Shown: positions 36,840 through 48,752 of the stretch, in pieces
Position numbering within the stretch: the stretch's first letter is position 1
Layout: each line of letters begins with the position of its first letter
Notes under the pieces: model-generated
Seen by the model: only the letters and a program-made list of their open reading frames with translations
Database searches by the model: none
Told to the model about the DNA's origin: nothing
Translations under genes and position numbers: made by a program
Source of the DNA: Octopus bimaculoides
Taxonomy: Eukaryota
Reading direction: 5' to 3'
Assembly (NCBI RefSeq): GCF_001194135.2
Contig: NC_068989.1
Coordinates: 35,320,118-35,369,706, forward strand
Length of the DNA: 49,589 nucleotides

Positions 36840-36924
36840 CTTCAGGAACAATTTGTTCATTTTCTTTTGGGTCCCACCTCTGTTCTTTACGTCTTGCTCC
36901 ACTTAATATCACGTAATCATGATT
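36840..36924 (-). CDS. YJU2B: YJU2B/CCDC130 exon
   Basis: TTTTTTCACAG acceptor and GTTAGT donor. NHDYVILSGARRKEQRWDPKENEQIVPE. Confidence 0.97.
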
Positions 36925-37890
36925 CTGTGAAAAAAGAAATTTAATTTTTCTGATTAACTGAAATTAGTAATAATAATTCTTTCTACTATAAGCACAAAAT
37001 CTCACATTTTTTTTTGGGGGGGGGGCTAGATGATTACATCAATCCCAATGTTTGACTGGTACTTATTTCATTCACCCCAAAAAGACGAAAGGCAAAGTCA
37101 ACTTTGGTAGAATTTGAACTCAGAACATAAAGCTGGACAAAATGTTGCTGTGGATTTTGTCCTAAATATTAACAATTCTGCCAGCTCACTCCCTCATTAT
37201 CATTATTATTATTATTATTATTGGTGGTTTCAAATTTTTGTACAAAGCCAGTAATTTTGGAGGACGAGGTAAGTCAATTATATCGACCCCAGTGCTCAAC
37301 TAGTACTTATTTTATTAACTCTGAAAGGNNNNNNNNNNNNNNNNNNNNNNNNNNNNNNNNNNNNNNNNNNNNNNNNNNNNNNNNNNNNNNNNNNNNNNNN
37401 NNNNNNNNNNNNNNNNNNNNNNNNNNNNNNNNNNNNNNNNNNNNNNNNNNNNNNNNNNNNNNNNNNNNNNNNNNNNNNNNNNNNNNNNNNNNNNNNNNNN
37501 NNNNNNNNNNNNNNNNNNNNNNNNNNNNNNNNNNNNNNNNNNNNNNNNNNNNNNNNNNNNNNNNNNNNNNNNNNNNNNNNNNNNNNNNNNNNNNNNNNNN
37601 NNNNNNNNNNNNNNNNNNNNNNNNNNNNNNNNNNNNNNNNNNNNNNNNNNNNNNNNNNNNNNNNNNNNNNNNNNNNNNNNNNNNNNNNNNNNNNNNNNNN
37701 NNNNNNNNNNNNNNNNNNNNNNNNNNNNNNNNNNNNNNNNNNNNNNNNNNNNATATATATATATATATACATATATATATACACATGGTTATATATACAT
37801 GGTTATATACATGATTTTATATATATACACACACACACACACACACTGATCCAATCAAGAGCTAAACCAAAAAATAAGCATTTTTTTTAC

Positions 37891-38065
37891 CTTTGGATCA
37901 GTCTGGATCTCAAAATAGTTGTCACACAAGTGACACTTCATGCGAAATGTATATATGGGAGTGCTGTAATAGTTGCCAGTCTTTTTCTTCTCCGCATTGT
38001 AACGTACGCCCATTCCAATATGACTGTTACAACCACCACACCAAATATTATACGGCAACTCAAAC
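37891..38065 (-). CDS. YJU2B: YJU2B/CCDC130 exon (zinc-binding CWC16 domain)
   Basis: TTTTCAG acceptor and GTAAAA donor. (R)FELPYNIWCGGCNSHIGMGVRYNAEKKKTGNYYSTPIYTFRMKCHLCDNYFEIQTDPK. Confidence 0.98.
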
Positions 38066-38202
38066 CTGAAAAAGTTATGAAATAAAATGAAAGCATTTAG
38101 GTCTGTTGGTAATGAAAGCTCTCCCTCTTTCTCTTTCTCTCTCCCTCTTTCTCTTTCTCTCACCCTCTATCTCTTTCTCTCTCCGTCTTTCTCTTTCTCT
38201 CT

Positions 38203-38590
38203 CTTAGAGTGACAGGTAGATTGTATTATACTTATGTGTGAGCAACAATACTACATGGTTGTGAGATGTGGGCCATGCTCCACTGGATGTGCAATGTCAG
38301 TGTGTATGAATGAATGACAGAGTACAAAGTTGAGAGAAAAGTTGAGAGAAAAATGTACTGTAGTGTGCACACATTGGTATGAGCATGTGATGCATATGGA
38401 TGAGGGCAGTTGTATAAAGATGCACTACTTGCTCACAGTAGATGGAACCCATAGAAGAGGGAGACAGGGCAAGACATGGGATGAAGTAATGAAGACTGAT
38501 CTCAGGATGCTGAACCTCACAAAAGCAATGACAAGTAACTTTAACATTGATGACATACTGTACAGGAGAGAAGCTGCTCTTTCAAGCAAG
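38203..38590 (+). mobile_element. Decayed RTE LINE 3' fragment
   Basis: WYEHVMHMDEGSCIKM..TVDGTHRRGRQGKTWDEVMKTDLRMLNLT matches the RTE C-terminal W.GHV.RM..RGRP.KTW motif. Confidence 0.8.
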
Positions 38591-40057
38591 CATGGTAGAC
38601 AGAACACTAACAAGGAAAGTATAACTAGGATGCTTTCACTTCATCCACCCTTGTACTCTCCCTCCACCTCTATGGTATCTTTCAGTATCTCTTTCACTCA
38701 TAACTCTCACTGTATTCACCCATTACTCTCCCCCACCCCCTGCCTCAGTTTCTCGCACTTACTCCTCCCCATAGTTTCGCTACCACCTCAATACCTTCAA
38801 ATTTCTCTTTCTCTGACCTACCATCAACAATCTCAAGAGTCTTCTCCCTAGTCTCTCTGGATTCTTCTCACCCTCATATCTTTCTCCGTTTCATGCTCAC
38901 TTCTTCCTACACTTCCATGTTCGCTTATAATGTGGGTTAGCACTGGATCCTCCTACTCAACCTACCCTATTAGCACTCACTAACCCCCAACATAACTCTT
39001 TCCCTTTCTTTGTTTCATACACCCACCACTCAATATTTCTCTCAAAATCATACCCTGCCATCTATTTTTAGGCTCCCACTGGATAAAATAGAAATGTATG
39101 GCTCTGTGATGTAAGAAAGCTGATGGCTATAAGATTCTCATACAAATAACAGAACAGAAAGAGGAACAAGGATTGTGTCTATAGCTGTTTTAAACATTAT
39201 TTAACTGGTGAATAGATACAAATGAGGTATATTTGGAGAGATAATATTCTAACTGCAGTGTCATAGTTTAGGGTTAGGGTTAGTTGGATGGGGAAAATGC
39301 AGACAAACAAATTTTAGGACAAAGTTTTGACTGGGTAATCATGTATCTCCTCTAAGGCAAGACACCTGTTTCTGTCCTTGTCACACTATAACCTCTCATC
39401 TGGCACAAGGCTACCTCTTCCAATACCCTGCCTCTCAAAGGATCTTTGTCTTGTGAGTTACTTGGTGACCCTACCAGTGCAGGTGTCATGTAAAAAGCAT
39501 CCAGTCCACACTGTAAAGTGGTTGGCATTTGGAAGGGCATCCAGCTGTAAAAACCATGCCAAAGCAGACCTTACTAGTGTTACTGCCAAGTAAAAAGCAC
39601 CCATTCCACTCAGTAAGGGCATCCAGCCATAAAAACCATACCAAAACAGACTGGTGCAATCTTCTGACTAGGCAGCTCTTATCATACATCAATGCCAGCA
39701 TGGAAAATAGACATTAAATGATGATGAGGATTGAGGAATCAGAGACAGAGAGAGTATACAACTCAATAATAAGCAGAATATTGTACCCTATTAATGAAGG
39801 TTTGTAAATAAAGAAAACTGCTTCACTTTCTTTTTGGATGTGACATAAGGTGTGTGTGTGTGCGCGCGTGTGTATGTGCGTGTTTGCACGCATGCACTTT
39901 TTTAGGCTGTTCTGTCATCCTAAGAGAACAGTACTGTAGAGTAACAAAGAATATATTGTATTTTTGAGGTTGTACCCTCAGTATATGACAACAATACTCT
40001 AGAATGACATAACTTTGTATTCTCACTGATATTTCATGTGATATAAAAATATCTTAC

Positions 40058-40191
40058 CTGATAACAAGTATGCCTTGACTGAGTTTACGGGCTCGTTCTC
40101 GCAGAGGGTGAGAACCAACATACTTATTGATTGACCCCTTATTGGGGTTCCAGTCAGGAGGGTAGTAACGGTTGACTGCCTTTCTCTCTGC
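40058..40191 (-). CDS. YJU2B: YJU2B/CCDC130 second coding exon
   Basis: TTATTTCAG acceptor and GTAAGA donor. AERKAVNRYYPPDWNPNKGSINKYVGSHPLRERARKLSQGILVI. Confidence 0.98.
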
Positions 40192-42182
40192 CTGAAATAA
40201 TAAAACAACAACATATATAAATATTGGTTTCAAATTTTGGCACAAGGCCAACAAAATTCAGGAAGGGGATAAGCCAATTACATCAACCTCAGTCTGGAAG
40301 AATGGAAAGCACAATCGACGTTGGCAGAATTTGAATGTGAAGACAGACGAAATGCTGCTAAGTATTTTGTCTGGCATGCTAATGATTCTGCCAGTTTGTC
40401 ACCTTACAATATTATAAATATTAACATGTATAAAAAAATGGAAATCTTTCTCAAGATTCCCAATGTCATAAGTCATTACAATTGCAAACCAAATCTTAAT
40501 CACACATTCAGTTCGTTAGGTATGTCCTATGGAAAAACTGAAATCAGCCTATCACTGCAGCTATTGTTTTTACAATGAGATACACTTCTGCTAATCATTC
40601 ATCCATCAAGTTGAAAATTTATTGGTTTTAATGTTCATCAAATACTAAATCTCGCAATTCAACAAAGTCGTAAGATAACAATTTTAAGATGTGAAGATAG
40701 GGTTAAATAACTGTCCTGGCTAATCTAAACGTGTAAACCAGTGACAAAGTCAGACATATCTAAAAATTTCTAAAATTGGTCAATTTCAATAAGGCCAAAA
40801 TTGATAATAAACTGCTGTGTCGTACAGAGTCATGCCCCTTGTTTATGGGCTCATACAGTACCATGATGGTTTCTAACTACGTATTTTAAATCAGTAGTCC
40901 CTTCTAGATGGTGGAAGAACCATTGTATGGACTGAAAAGGGACTGAGAAACTACCATGCTGACTAAATTAAGAGAGAATTATATGGCAAAGAAAGAATTA
41001 TATGGAAGCAAACTCTTACATAAATAAATATCTCCTGATTAATAATGGGAGAGGGGAGATAAAAATGTCACTATATTTGGTGGTGGCGGTGTAGTAGGTT
41101 GATATTTTTCAGTTTTTCAGTAAAACTTTGGTTTAACTCAAACTTTTAGACGTCATTTGGGCCTCTGACACTGGTGGGATGATAGGAAGAAGGTATTGTC
41201 AAGCCAAAGTCCAAATGCTTGCAACAGAGCGGGTTTCGTTAAAGACACCCAAGATGCCAAGTGTTGGTATTAAACTAGATGATGGATAAAGTCTGGTACC
41301 CAAGTTGGTTATGGTAGGATTTGAACTCAGAACACAAAAAGCTGGAACAAATATCACAAAGCATTCAGTCCAACATTCTTACAGTTCGACCAGTCCACTA
41401 TGTTGTATTTATACGTATTGTTCTGCTCAACACCACAGATTTGCTTGTCAGTTATTTGACCTTAAGCAGTTGAGCATGTCCCTTAGTGGCTGACGATATG
41501 TGCATCTCTGATCATGAACAGAAGTAGTTGGGGAGCACCATAGCCATGTGTTTAGAGGAATTCTTTGGGGTTTGGATAATTCACCTCTGGAAGCATGGCT
41601 GTTTCATTCAACATCCTTAAACAACCCTTATATAGAGACCTTTTGAGTGGGATGGGCTACTTAACCTGAAAAAAATTCTAACATGGTCCCATCTGCAAGG
41701 TCATGAGCTGTTTATCTTGATATTAGATCACTATGTCATGCACATATGATTGTGAGGCATGTGCTTGGTGTATCCTTATTAGACGGGTAGTCATGATGGA
41801 TGTACAGGCTTTGTATATTTTATCCCAATGTCACTTCGATGGCATGCACTACTCTCTCATTCAATAATAATGATAATAATAATAAGTGAAAGAGAAGCAA
41901 TGTGTGTGTTTCTTATTGATGTAATAGCTCTCCCAAGATACAAAAAAACTGTTTTAAAAGATGTTTGCATGTGCAAGGTAGATTTTCTTAAAAAAAACAT
42001 TGTAATAGAAGAAACCTCATTAAACTAATGATGTTAATTCCAGAGAGTTTACAACATTGACAAACATGATTTTAGAAATAGAAATGATTAAGAAAACAGC
42101 ATTGAACAGTTAACTGCTGCAGTAGGCACTTTCATATGAGATGAAGGGATGATTACCTAAACTGGTGTATTACCTACTAAGG

Positions 42183-42435
42183 CAGTGGTTCTCAACTGGG
42201 GTTCATATGAACCTTTTGGGTCCATATAATATTTTGTTTTTAAAATCTATCTGCAATAAATTGGTTATACTTCTAAAATACACAAACGATTTTATTAATT
42301 ATTTTTATACAATTCTTAATAATACTTAATTATAAAAATATAATAGGATTTTTTAAACATTGAGCGGTTAAGACGGTCCATCTGAGTAAATAGGAATCAA
42401 AGGAGTCCATAGGTAAAAATGGTTGAGAAACACTG
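42183..42435 (+). mobile_element. hAT/Charlie-type MITE
   Basis: TIRs CAGTGGTTCTCAAC/GTTGAGAAACACTG with a perfect 8-bp TSD TACTAAGG. Confidence 0.92.
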
Positions 42436-44313
42436 TACTAAGGCATCGAGACCCTTCACTCTAGGTCTAGGTATCTTTGCTGAGTCTATATGTGGGAATT
42501 TTACATCTTTCCTTGGGGACAGTGACTGTATAGGAAGTATTTTAGGATAAGTCAGTTATGTGAATGTAGACCATCCCTTTCCAAGTGTTAGCACTAGCAG
42601 AACTTGATCTCAGAAGAGCAAATTAATGAAACAAGATACACATTAATAAAATGTTTGACATCAATGCTCATTACCCTTTGAACCTATGAGTACACTTTAG
42701 AAAATAGGATTTCGTTTGATACTACTCATGAAAGACACAAAGTTGGTAGTCACATGGTTTTGTGTTTACAGCTTGCTAATAAGCAGAAACACTGTTATTT
42801 TTAGCTGTAACACAAAGCCATGCGGCCACTCCTCCTGAGGTATAGTCAAACACAATTATGGATGCTAAAGGGTACTTGCAGGTTCAAAGTTATGACTTCT
42901 TGGACTATTAATCTCACCTTTACAATAAATGCACACACACACACATATATACATGATGGGCTTCTGGACAGTTTCTGTTTACCAAATTCACTCACATGGC
43001 ATTGGTTGTCCTGATGCTATTGTAGAAAACACTTGCTCAAGGTACTGTGCAGTGTGACTGAACCCAAAACCATGTCGTTGAGCACTAAACTCGTTAACCA
43101 TACAGCCATGACTACATTGTCAAAGTTGTGCAGTGATCCTAACAAGGACATTTCCCTTTCTAAGGCCCAGCACAAACAGTAGTAAAAAAACACTATTAGG
43201 AGACACAGAAGACTAAGCCAACGAAGTAACCTCTACGTAGCTACTTGCCCTGCTAGAAATAGCAGCTAAGTCCTCCTTGAATTACATCCTTACCATCTTA
43301 AAGGAAGGACACATTGGATAATGCAGTTCACTGACTGAAAAGAAAAGTGCCTTCTATAATAATTTTAGTTACGTATAATACGCATTCACGATAAGAATCG
43401 ACTCCAGTACTTATCAAGTACTTTATTTTATCGACTCAGGTGAGATGAAAGGTAAAGTGACAATGCTTATAATGCATCTTAAATTTGAATAAAATTATAA
43501 TATAAGCCATCTTAAATCCATCCATGGGTTTGAAAGGAAACGAAATTATCCCAGTTCAAAATCACAAAGACACGAAGTCTACAGTCGTGCTACACACAGA
43601 GACACACATATACATCATATATACAGTATTTATAATAAGGTGGAATAGCATTAATGTACGTGTGAGACTTGATGACAAGGATAAAATTTTTTTTTTTTAA
43701 ACATGACTAAAACAGGGTTTCAGCGCGCGAAAAAGAAAACAATTCTGTAACATCCGACCAAGGGAAATAACAGAAATAATTTAATGCGATTGTTAGTGCT
43801 TTAAGATATTCTTAAATTTAACAGTGTTGTTATTGCATTTATGAACCCTATGAAACCTTCTACGATCTAAAATAAAGACGTATTTTCATGGTTACACAAT
43901 CGACTGGAAATAGCAACCAAAACACCCTCAAAACACACTTTACTGCATCCAAAATAGAACACATAGGATGTCATCTAAAATGATCATATCTGGACAAAAC
44001 ACCGGAATAGTGCAACTGATGTATTCTAGATATCAAGCTGACCTGTGGTTCAATAAGAAAATAAGTATATATANNNNNNNNNNNNNNNNNNNNNNNNNNN
44101 NNNNNNNNNNNNNNNNNNNNNNNNNNNNNNNNNNNNNNNNNNNNNNNNNNNNNNNNNNNNNNNNNNNNNNNNNNNNNNNNNNNNNNNNNNNNNNNNNNNN
44201 NNNNNNNNNNNNNNNNNNNNNNNNNNNNNNNNNNNNNATACATAAAAGGTTTATCTGGTCTTGTATCAAAGTGAATTAAGTTCATGTAAATATTTATAAA
44301 TATCCCAACCTAC

Positions 44314-44316
44314 CAT
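44314..44316 (-). CDS. YJU2B: Candidate YJU2B initiator ATG at the end of a 5' exon
   Basis: The minus strand reads AAATAAC-ATG|GTAGGT. The next exon starts at AERK in phase 0, so a lone Met is required. Other ATG|GT sites exist, so this position is inferred. Confidence 0.6.
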
Positions 44317-44779
44317 GTTATTTTATATACAACCAATACGCTGTTTCGTATCTATTTATTGACTTCACAAACATAGTAACAGCTATAATTTCGTAATAAA
44401 TTACATAGTATTTTGCAGCTATGAAATCGTAAAGTAAAATTAAAACAAAAATTACTGGATTTTAAATCTTTGTTGAATAAAAAAATGAACAAAATAGACT
44501 CAAAAGATAATGCTGTATGTGACTTAACTCTCAAATCTCATTCTCCAGGTTGTCAAGTGTAATAGAACACATACGCCATATGATAATATGAGCATTCTTT
44601 ATCTACTTGGCTGGTACTTATTTTATTGACATGAAAAACGAAAGGCAATGTCGACAGCGACAGCGGCAGGATTGAAACACAAAATGTAAAGAGATGTAAT
44701 TAAATATTAGTACACTGTCTCATCCGCTGCCATCAAGCTACAAGATCATACTCGTTTGCGACTATAACCTGGTTGCTTG

Positions 44780-45012
44780 AGCCACTTTTTTGTTAGTCGT
44801 TTTAGGTACCTATGTAGCCAGAAGCAAACACGGACACCTTTTTGGCCATTCCATCTTTAACCGGGCATGGTATCAACGGTATGACTGTTCGAGGGAAAAT
44901 GGTCTGCAACAACAGTACCTTGTTCAAGGAATCACCACGCTTTTCGGTCTACGAATCGAACACAGGACCTTTCAGTTGCGAGGCTAACACTCTAACCACT
45001 AAGCCACGCCCC
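44780..45012 (-). mobile_element. tRNA-derived SINE upstream of YJU2B
   Basis: The minus strand begins GGGGCGTGGCTTAGTGGTTAGAGTG..GTTCGATTC (A and B boxes) and runs into CORE-like TCCTTGAACAAGGTACT. There is no tRNA acceptor stem. Confidence 0.7.
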
Positions 45013-45049
45013 TTCAAACACACACACGCGCTCGCGCGCGCGAGCTAAG

Positions 45050-45970
45050 TAAGAAAATAACTCAGTGGCCAGTGTGCATATATTTGAATAGTATAGACAA
45101 ATGGAGACCTATCAAATACGATAAACAAAAATTCCTAAGTTATTTAAACTATCTCTGCTCATAGATAATGTTTCAATAGTGTGAAATGGCAATTGAAATC
45201 AGTTCTATGAGAAGGGGAGATAATCTCAAAAAAATCAATTCTCCAACGCCATTAAGGAAAGGACAGGCTTATTGTCTGGAGATAAAAGAACAGTCATGGA
45301 CACGATGGGTACTCATCAACACCAGAAATGTCATACATATCTCCAGTAACCAATGGACCCCCCCCCACACATGTACAATACATTAACGATTCAAGTTGCA
45401 TAAATTAAACAAAAACGAACTCAGAGTGGCCAGCGGCATGTATTTGAGCAACACAAACAAACCAAGGTATATCAAATACCATGCAACGTCTCCCTTTATC
45501 ATCTGAAGCTGTTCTTAATTGCTATTTGGTAATTATGACATCCTCTAGAGGCGGAAATAATTTTAATGGATTAAGAATTTATATTGTATGGTATTTAGTA
45601 TACTTGTATGTCTAAGATGTTCATACTGAGTAATTCCCCTTAGCTCATTTTTCCTTGAATTATGCAAATTGCATAGGTCATGAATGTGTCTTACTCTTTT
45701 TGCATTTGTCTAAGTCCTTGGCTACTAGAGAACTGTCGTGCTGATGACATCCACTAATGCAGAAACACGCTTACGCGTCTGTTCTCTTATCTTCAGATAG
45801 TAAGTTAATCCTTAACGGCATGTCAGTTTTGGAAAAATTCTTTATTCATGAGATTATTTCTCCTAATTTGGAGCTAGTTTCAAATGTCATTTGGTAATTG
45901 CAATATGTTCTCTAGAGGTGGAGATAGTTTCAGTAAACCAAGAATTTAGGTTGCATAGTTAATGATATAC
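45050..45970. repeat. Large old imperfect palindrome (centre ~45520) with internal sub-palindromes at ~45184 and ~45890
   Basis: The reverse complement of 45181-45360 aligns with 45715-45890 (e.g. CTGTTCTTTTATCTCCAGACAATAAG vs CTGTTCTCTTATCTTCAGATAGTAAG). A TGG(C/T)AATT..TCT..GAG..GGA.ATA module occurs at 45187, 45527 and 45892. Confidence 0.7.
45727..45787 (+). ncRNA. Type I hammerhead-like motif (degenerate)
   Basis: AGAGAAC..CTGATGA (45741-45747), 14-nt weak stem II, GAAA, stem III ACACG/CTTA/CGCGT, GUC triplet (45777-45779), then GTTCTCT. Confidence 0.35.
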
Positions 45971-46049
45971 CTCTGTTTGTCAGTGTGTGTGTATGTGTGT
46001 GTGTGTGTGTGTGTGTCTGTTTGTTTCTCTCTGTACACATACACACATA

Positions 46050-47110
46050 CGGTTATACTGAAAGTATTGAAAAAGTTTTCATATCTCTTTTATCAATTGG
46101 CATATTCAACTTTCACATGTCAGTAGAATAACTGTTTGTCTGTGCAAAGGTACTACTCAACAAACTCCATCACTCACATTTGTGCCGTTGTTGAACCTAA
46201 CTTTTGAATCCGTTTTAGAAAAATTCAGACGTGCATTGTTGCACCTACTTCTTTACAACCTCTTTCACCTTGTCCACCATTTGTGTCATCAAATTATTAT
46301 CTCTGAAGACCGTCCTTCATTGGTTCGATCAGACTAAAGTCAGAGGGCAGCAGATCGGGGCTGTACGCTGGCTGGAGGATTACTGATCAGCCCGATTTTC
46401 CGATTGCCTTATTCGTTGCCAAAGATGTAAATGAGCGTGCATTGTCATGGTAAATGTAGATTGTTTTTAGATTCTTGCCCAGTCTCATCCTCGTTTTAGC
46501 AAATCACTGCCATTCCAAAAAACAGGCATCATGGCTTTCTGTGCCCATCGTTGGCTCTTGAATTTTTTTAGATTTTGTTAAAGGGGAGTGACAACATTCC
46601 CCGGAGTGGGCCCGTGTTTTGTGTCACCAGATTAGGGTAACCCCCCCCCCCCACTATCTTCATTGGTTTCAAACGCTTTCAACAGATCAGAGCAAACTTC
46701 CATCCTCCTCTCCTTCAAATCAGATGTCAACTACCAAGGTATCCACTTTCTACTCATTTTCCAATACCCAACGACTTCCGCTCTCTTCTGTAATGTATTG
46801 TCACAGCCTAGTTCGGCAGCGAGCTCACGGATTGTGACTGGTTTAATTGTGCGTACCATTTCGCTCACTAGCTAATGATCTGTGTCAGTGATGGTAGTTG
46901 ATGTTTTTCCGCTGCGTAGGGTTTCTTCAACCTGAGATTTCTCTTCTTTAAATTTCGTTATTTATCCTTACACATTACTCCTAACAATGGTAGCATCTCC
47001 GTAAATAACTTGTAGCCTTCTATGAATGTCAGACAGCTTTCACACTTCTTTCGTCAGAACTCAATGACGGCACGTTGCTTCAGCTGGGAACCATTACTTG
47101 CCATCAATGA
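46050..47110 (-). mobile_element. Mariner transposon relic
   Basis: The minus strand gives QRAVIEF, IHRRLQVIYGDAT, VTIRELAAELG, RKWIP, HDNARS and YSPDLLPSDF, with many stops. TIRs were not resolved. Confidence 0.9.
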
Positions 47111-47496
47111 AGAAGAAAACGAAGAAGCACAAAAAGGAAGAACAATAGAGGAAAACGAAGAACAATCTATGTCAGTTAATAAAAAGTTATATCCACTTTT
47201 ACATTAGTCTGTGAGGACTGTGCGATGCGAGGTGACGAGAATGGCTCTTTCGTACATCACACGGTTGATACAATAAAATGTATAATAAATAGTACATATA
47301 AGTGTCAGACGAAAAAGGGAGACACAACCGGGTAGAATGGTTAAGTGAAGATTTATTGATGTGTAAACATGTGTCTGTGTGTGCGTCATGTATACAGAAT
47401 TGTAGTGAAACGTCTCTCTCGGGCATTCAATCATAAATGATAACGAAGCTGCTAACATCTAGCCTTCGGTTGCCTTGGACCCTTCTGTTCATCATC

Positions 47497-47660
47497 CTGA
47501 TTGGTTCTTATTTGCGCGGCAATTGTCCCCATGTTCTGTTTGCTAAGGGGGCATTACGTCCAATCGTGGCTTCAGATAAAGTCGCGTGATAGAGAGTTTT
47601 ACTGGGTTTCCGGTGAGCCCTTTTTCGCCTATAAATAAGCCCGATCCAACGACGGTAGTC
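47497..47660 (+). promoter_or_regulatory. Candidate Pol II promoter (two CCAAT boxes, CRE-like half site, TATA box)
   Basis: CTGATTGGTT (reverse NF-Y consensus) at 47497-47506, TTACGTC and CCAATC at ~47554-47565, TATAAATA at 47630-47637, all in a CpG-rich context. Confidence 0.6.
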
Positions 47661-47755
47661 GTCTTCGATTTCAGATCTCTCACAGGTCTGGTCGTTGATC
47701 ACACACATACAGAACACAGCTACAGCCAGTTCCAGCGCCGACGTCTTCACCACCA

Positions 47756-47884
47756 ATGTACTGTCTACCATTGTCGTCACCAGCAACACCAACATCAACA
47801 AACCAGGTTTTATCGACGTTGTTGAGTGGAGTTTCCACTCACGAACAACAATCAGAACTAACCAGCGAGAATATTCCGTATCAG
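47756..47884 (+). CDS. Candidate first coding exon of an unidentified gene (43 aa)
   Basis: ATG after an in-frame upstream stop; open frame MYCLPLSSPATPTSTNQVLSTLLSGVSTHEQQSELTSENIPYQ ends exactly at a strong CAG|GTAAGC donor. It could instead be a non-coding 5' exon. Confidence 0.45.
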
Positions 47885-48752
47885 GTAAGCGGTCACAGCA
47901 TTCGACGCTCAACACACATAGTGTGATACTACAGCTCTGCTCCTTGGCCACAACTTCCTGCGTATGAATATTTTATCTCCTTGTGTAACTCTTATACGAA
48001 CTGGTATTTCTCTATCTCAGTGTTTATGACTTTTTACAGTCTATGTTACAAACACTCTTTCTATGTTCTGTGTTTCCTCTCATTCACACGCATACTTGTA
48101 CTCTCACATATTGTACACACACTATTGCTTATACGACTGTCCGTCACTTCACATTGTTGTATACCTTCTCTTGTTCACCAAGGCCTTATTTATCTACTGT
48201 GTTAATTATATATGTCGCATGCACGCACACACAGACAAACAGTTTCACTATGTTAATAAACTTACTCTCATATCGGTTGTCTGTCCTAATCTGTTTCTTT
48301 ACTGGCACTTGGTTTGTATCTCTTCACGATGAGCCAACTATCTTATATATCTTATTTGGTGTTCGACCGTGCGACATGGTAAAAAGGAGCCTTTACCGTC
48401 TACGTCGCCATCTCCTTTGGTTCGCACGGTCGAAGTATTACAGAATAATAGACAGGCTGTCATAAGAACAAAACATGTATGTGCGTAAGCATAGATGTAT
48501 GCTCGTGTGTTAAGTACATATAAGAATAGCAATTAAGAAGACAGTGGAGGGAATTCGGTAGCATGTCGCCCTTTGGTTAGATGAGACGCCGTCAATGAAG
48601 TTGCGTGGTTAGAAGTCATTTTTCTCCTCTCTGGTTATCATTGTGGCTCCAGTGTTGAGTTGTTGGAGAGCTGCTATTGTGACGTCTAGCTTCCACGAAG
48701 TTCAGCGAGCAAAGAGATCGAAAATGCGCGGGAACGCTTGGATATGGATAAC

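Noticed and set aside
40855-40960. Alternative ATG|GT sites for the YJU2B start (near 40862 and 40954)
   Set aside because: Weaker donor context, and inside the CpG-depleted gene body rather than near the CpG-rich promoter region.
44940-45012. tRNA-like sequence on the minus strand
   Set aside because: It has A and B boxes but no acceptor stem and continues into a SINE core, so it is a SINE head and not a tRNA gene.
48043-48465. 140-aa ORF in phase after an AG, a possible second exon of the 47756 gene
   Set aside because: Pyrimidine- and CA-rich, low-complexity composition that suppresses stops; the protein looks non-coding. Not excluded without RNA data.
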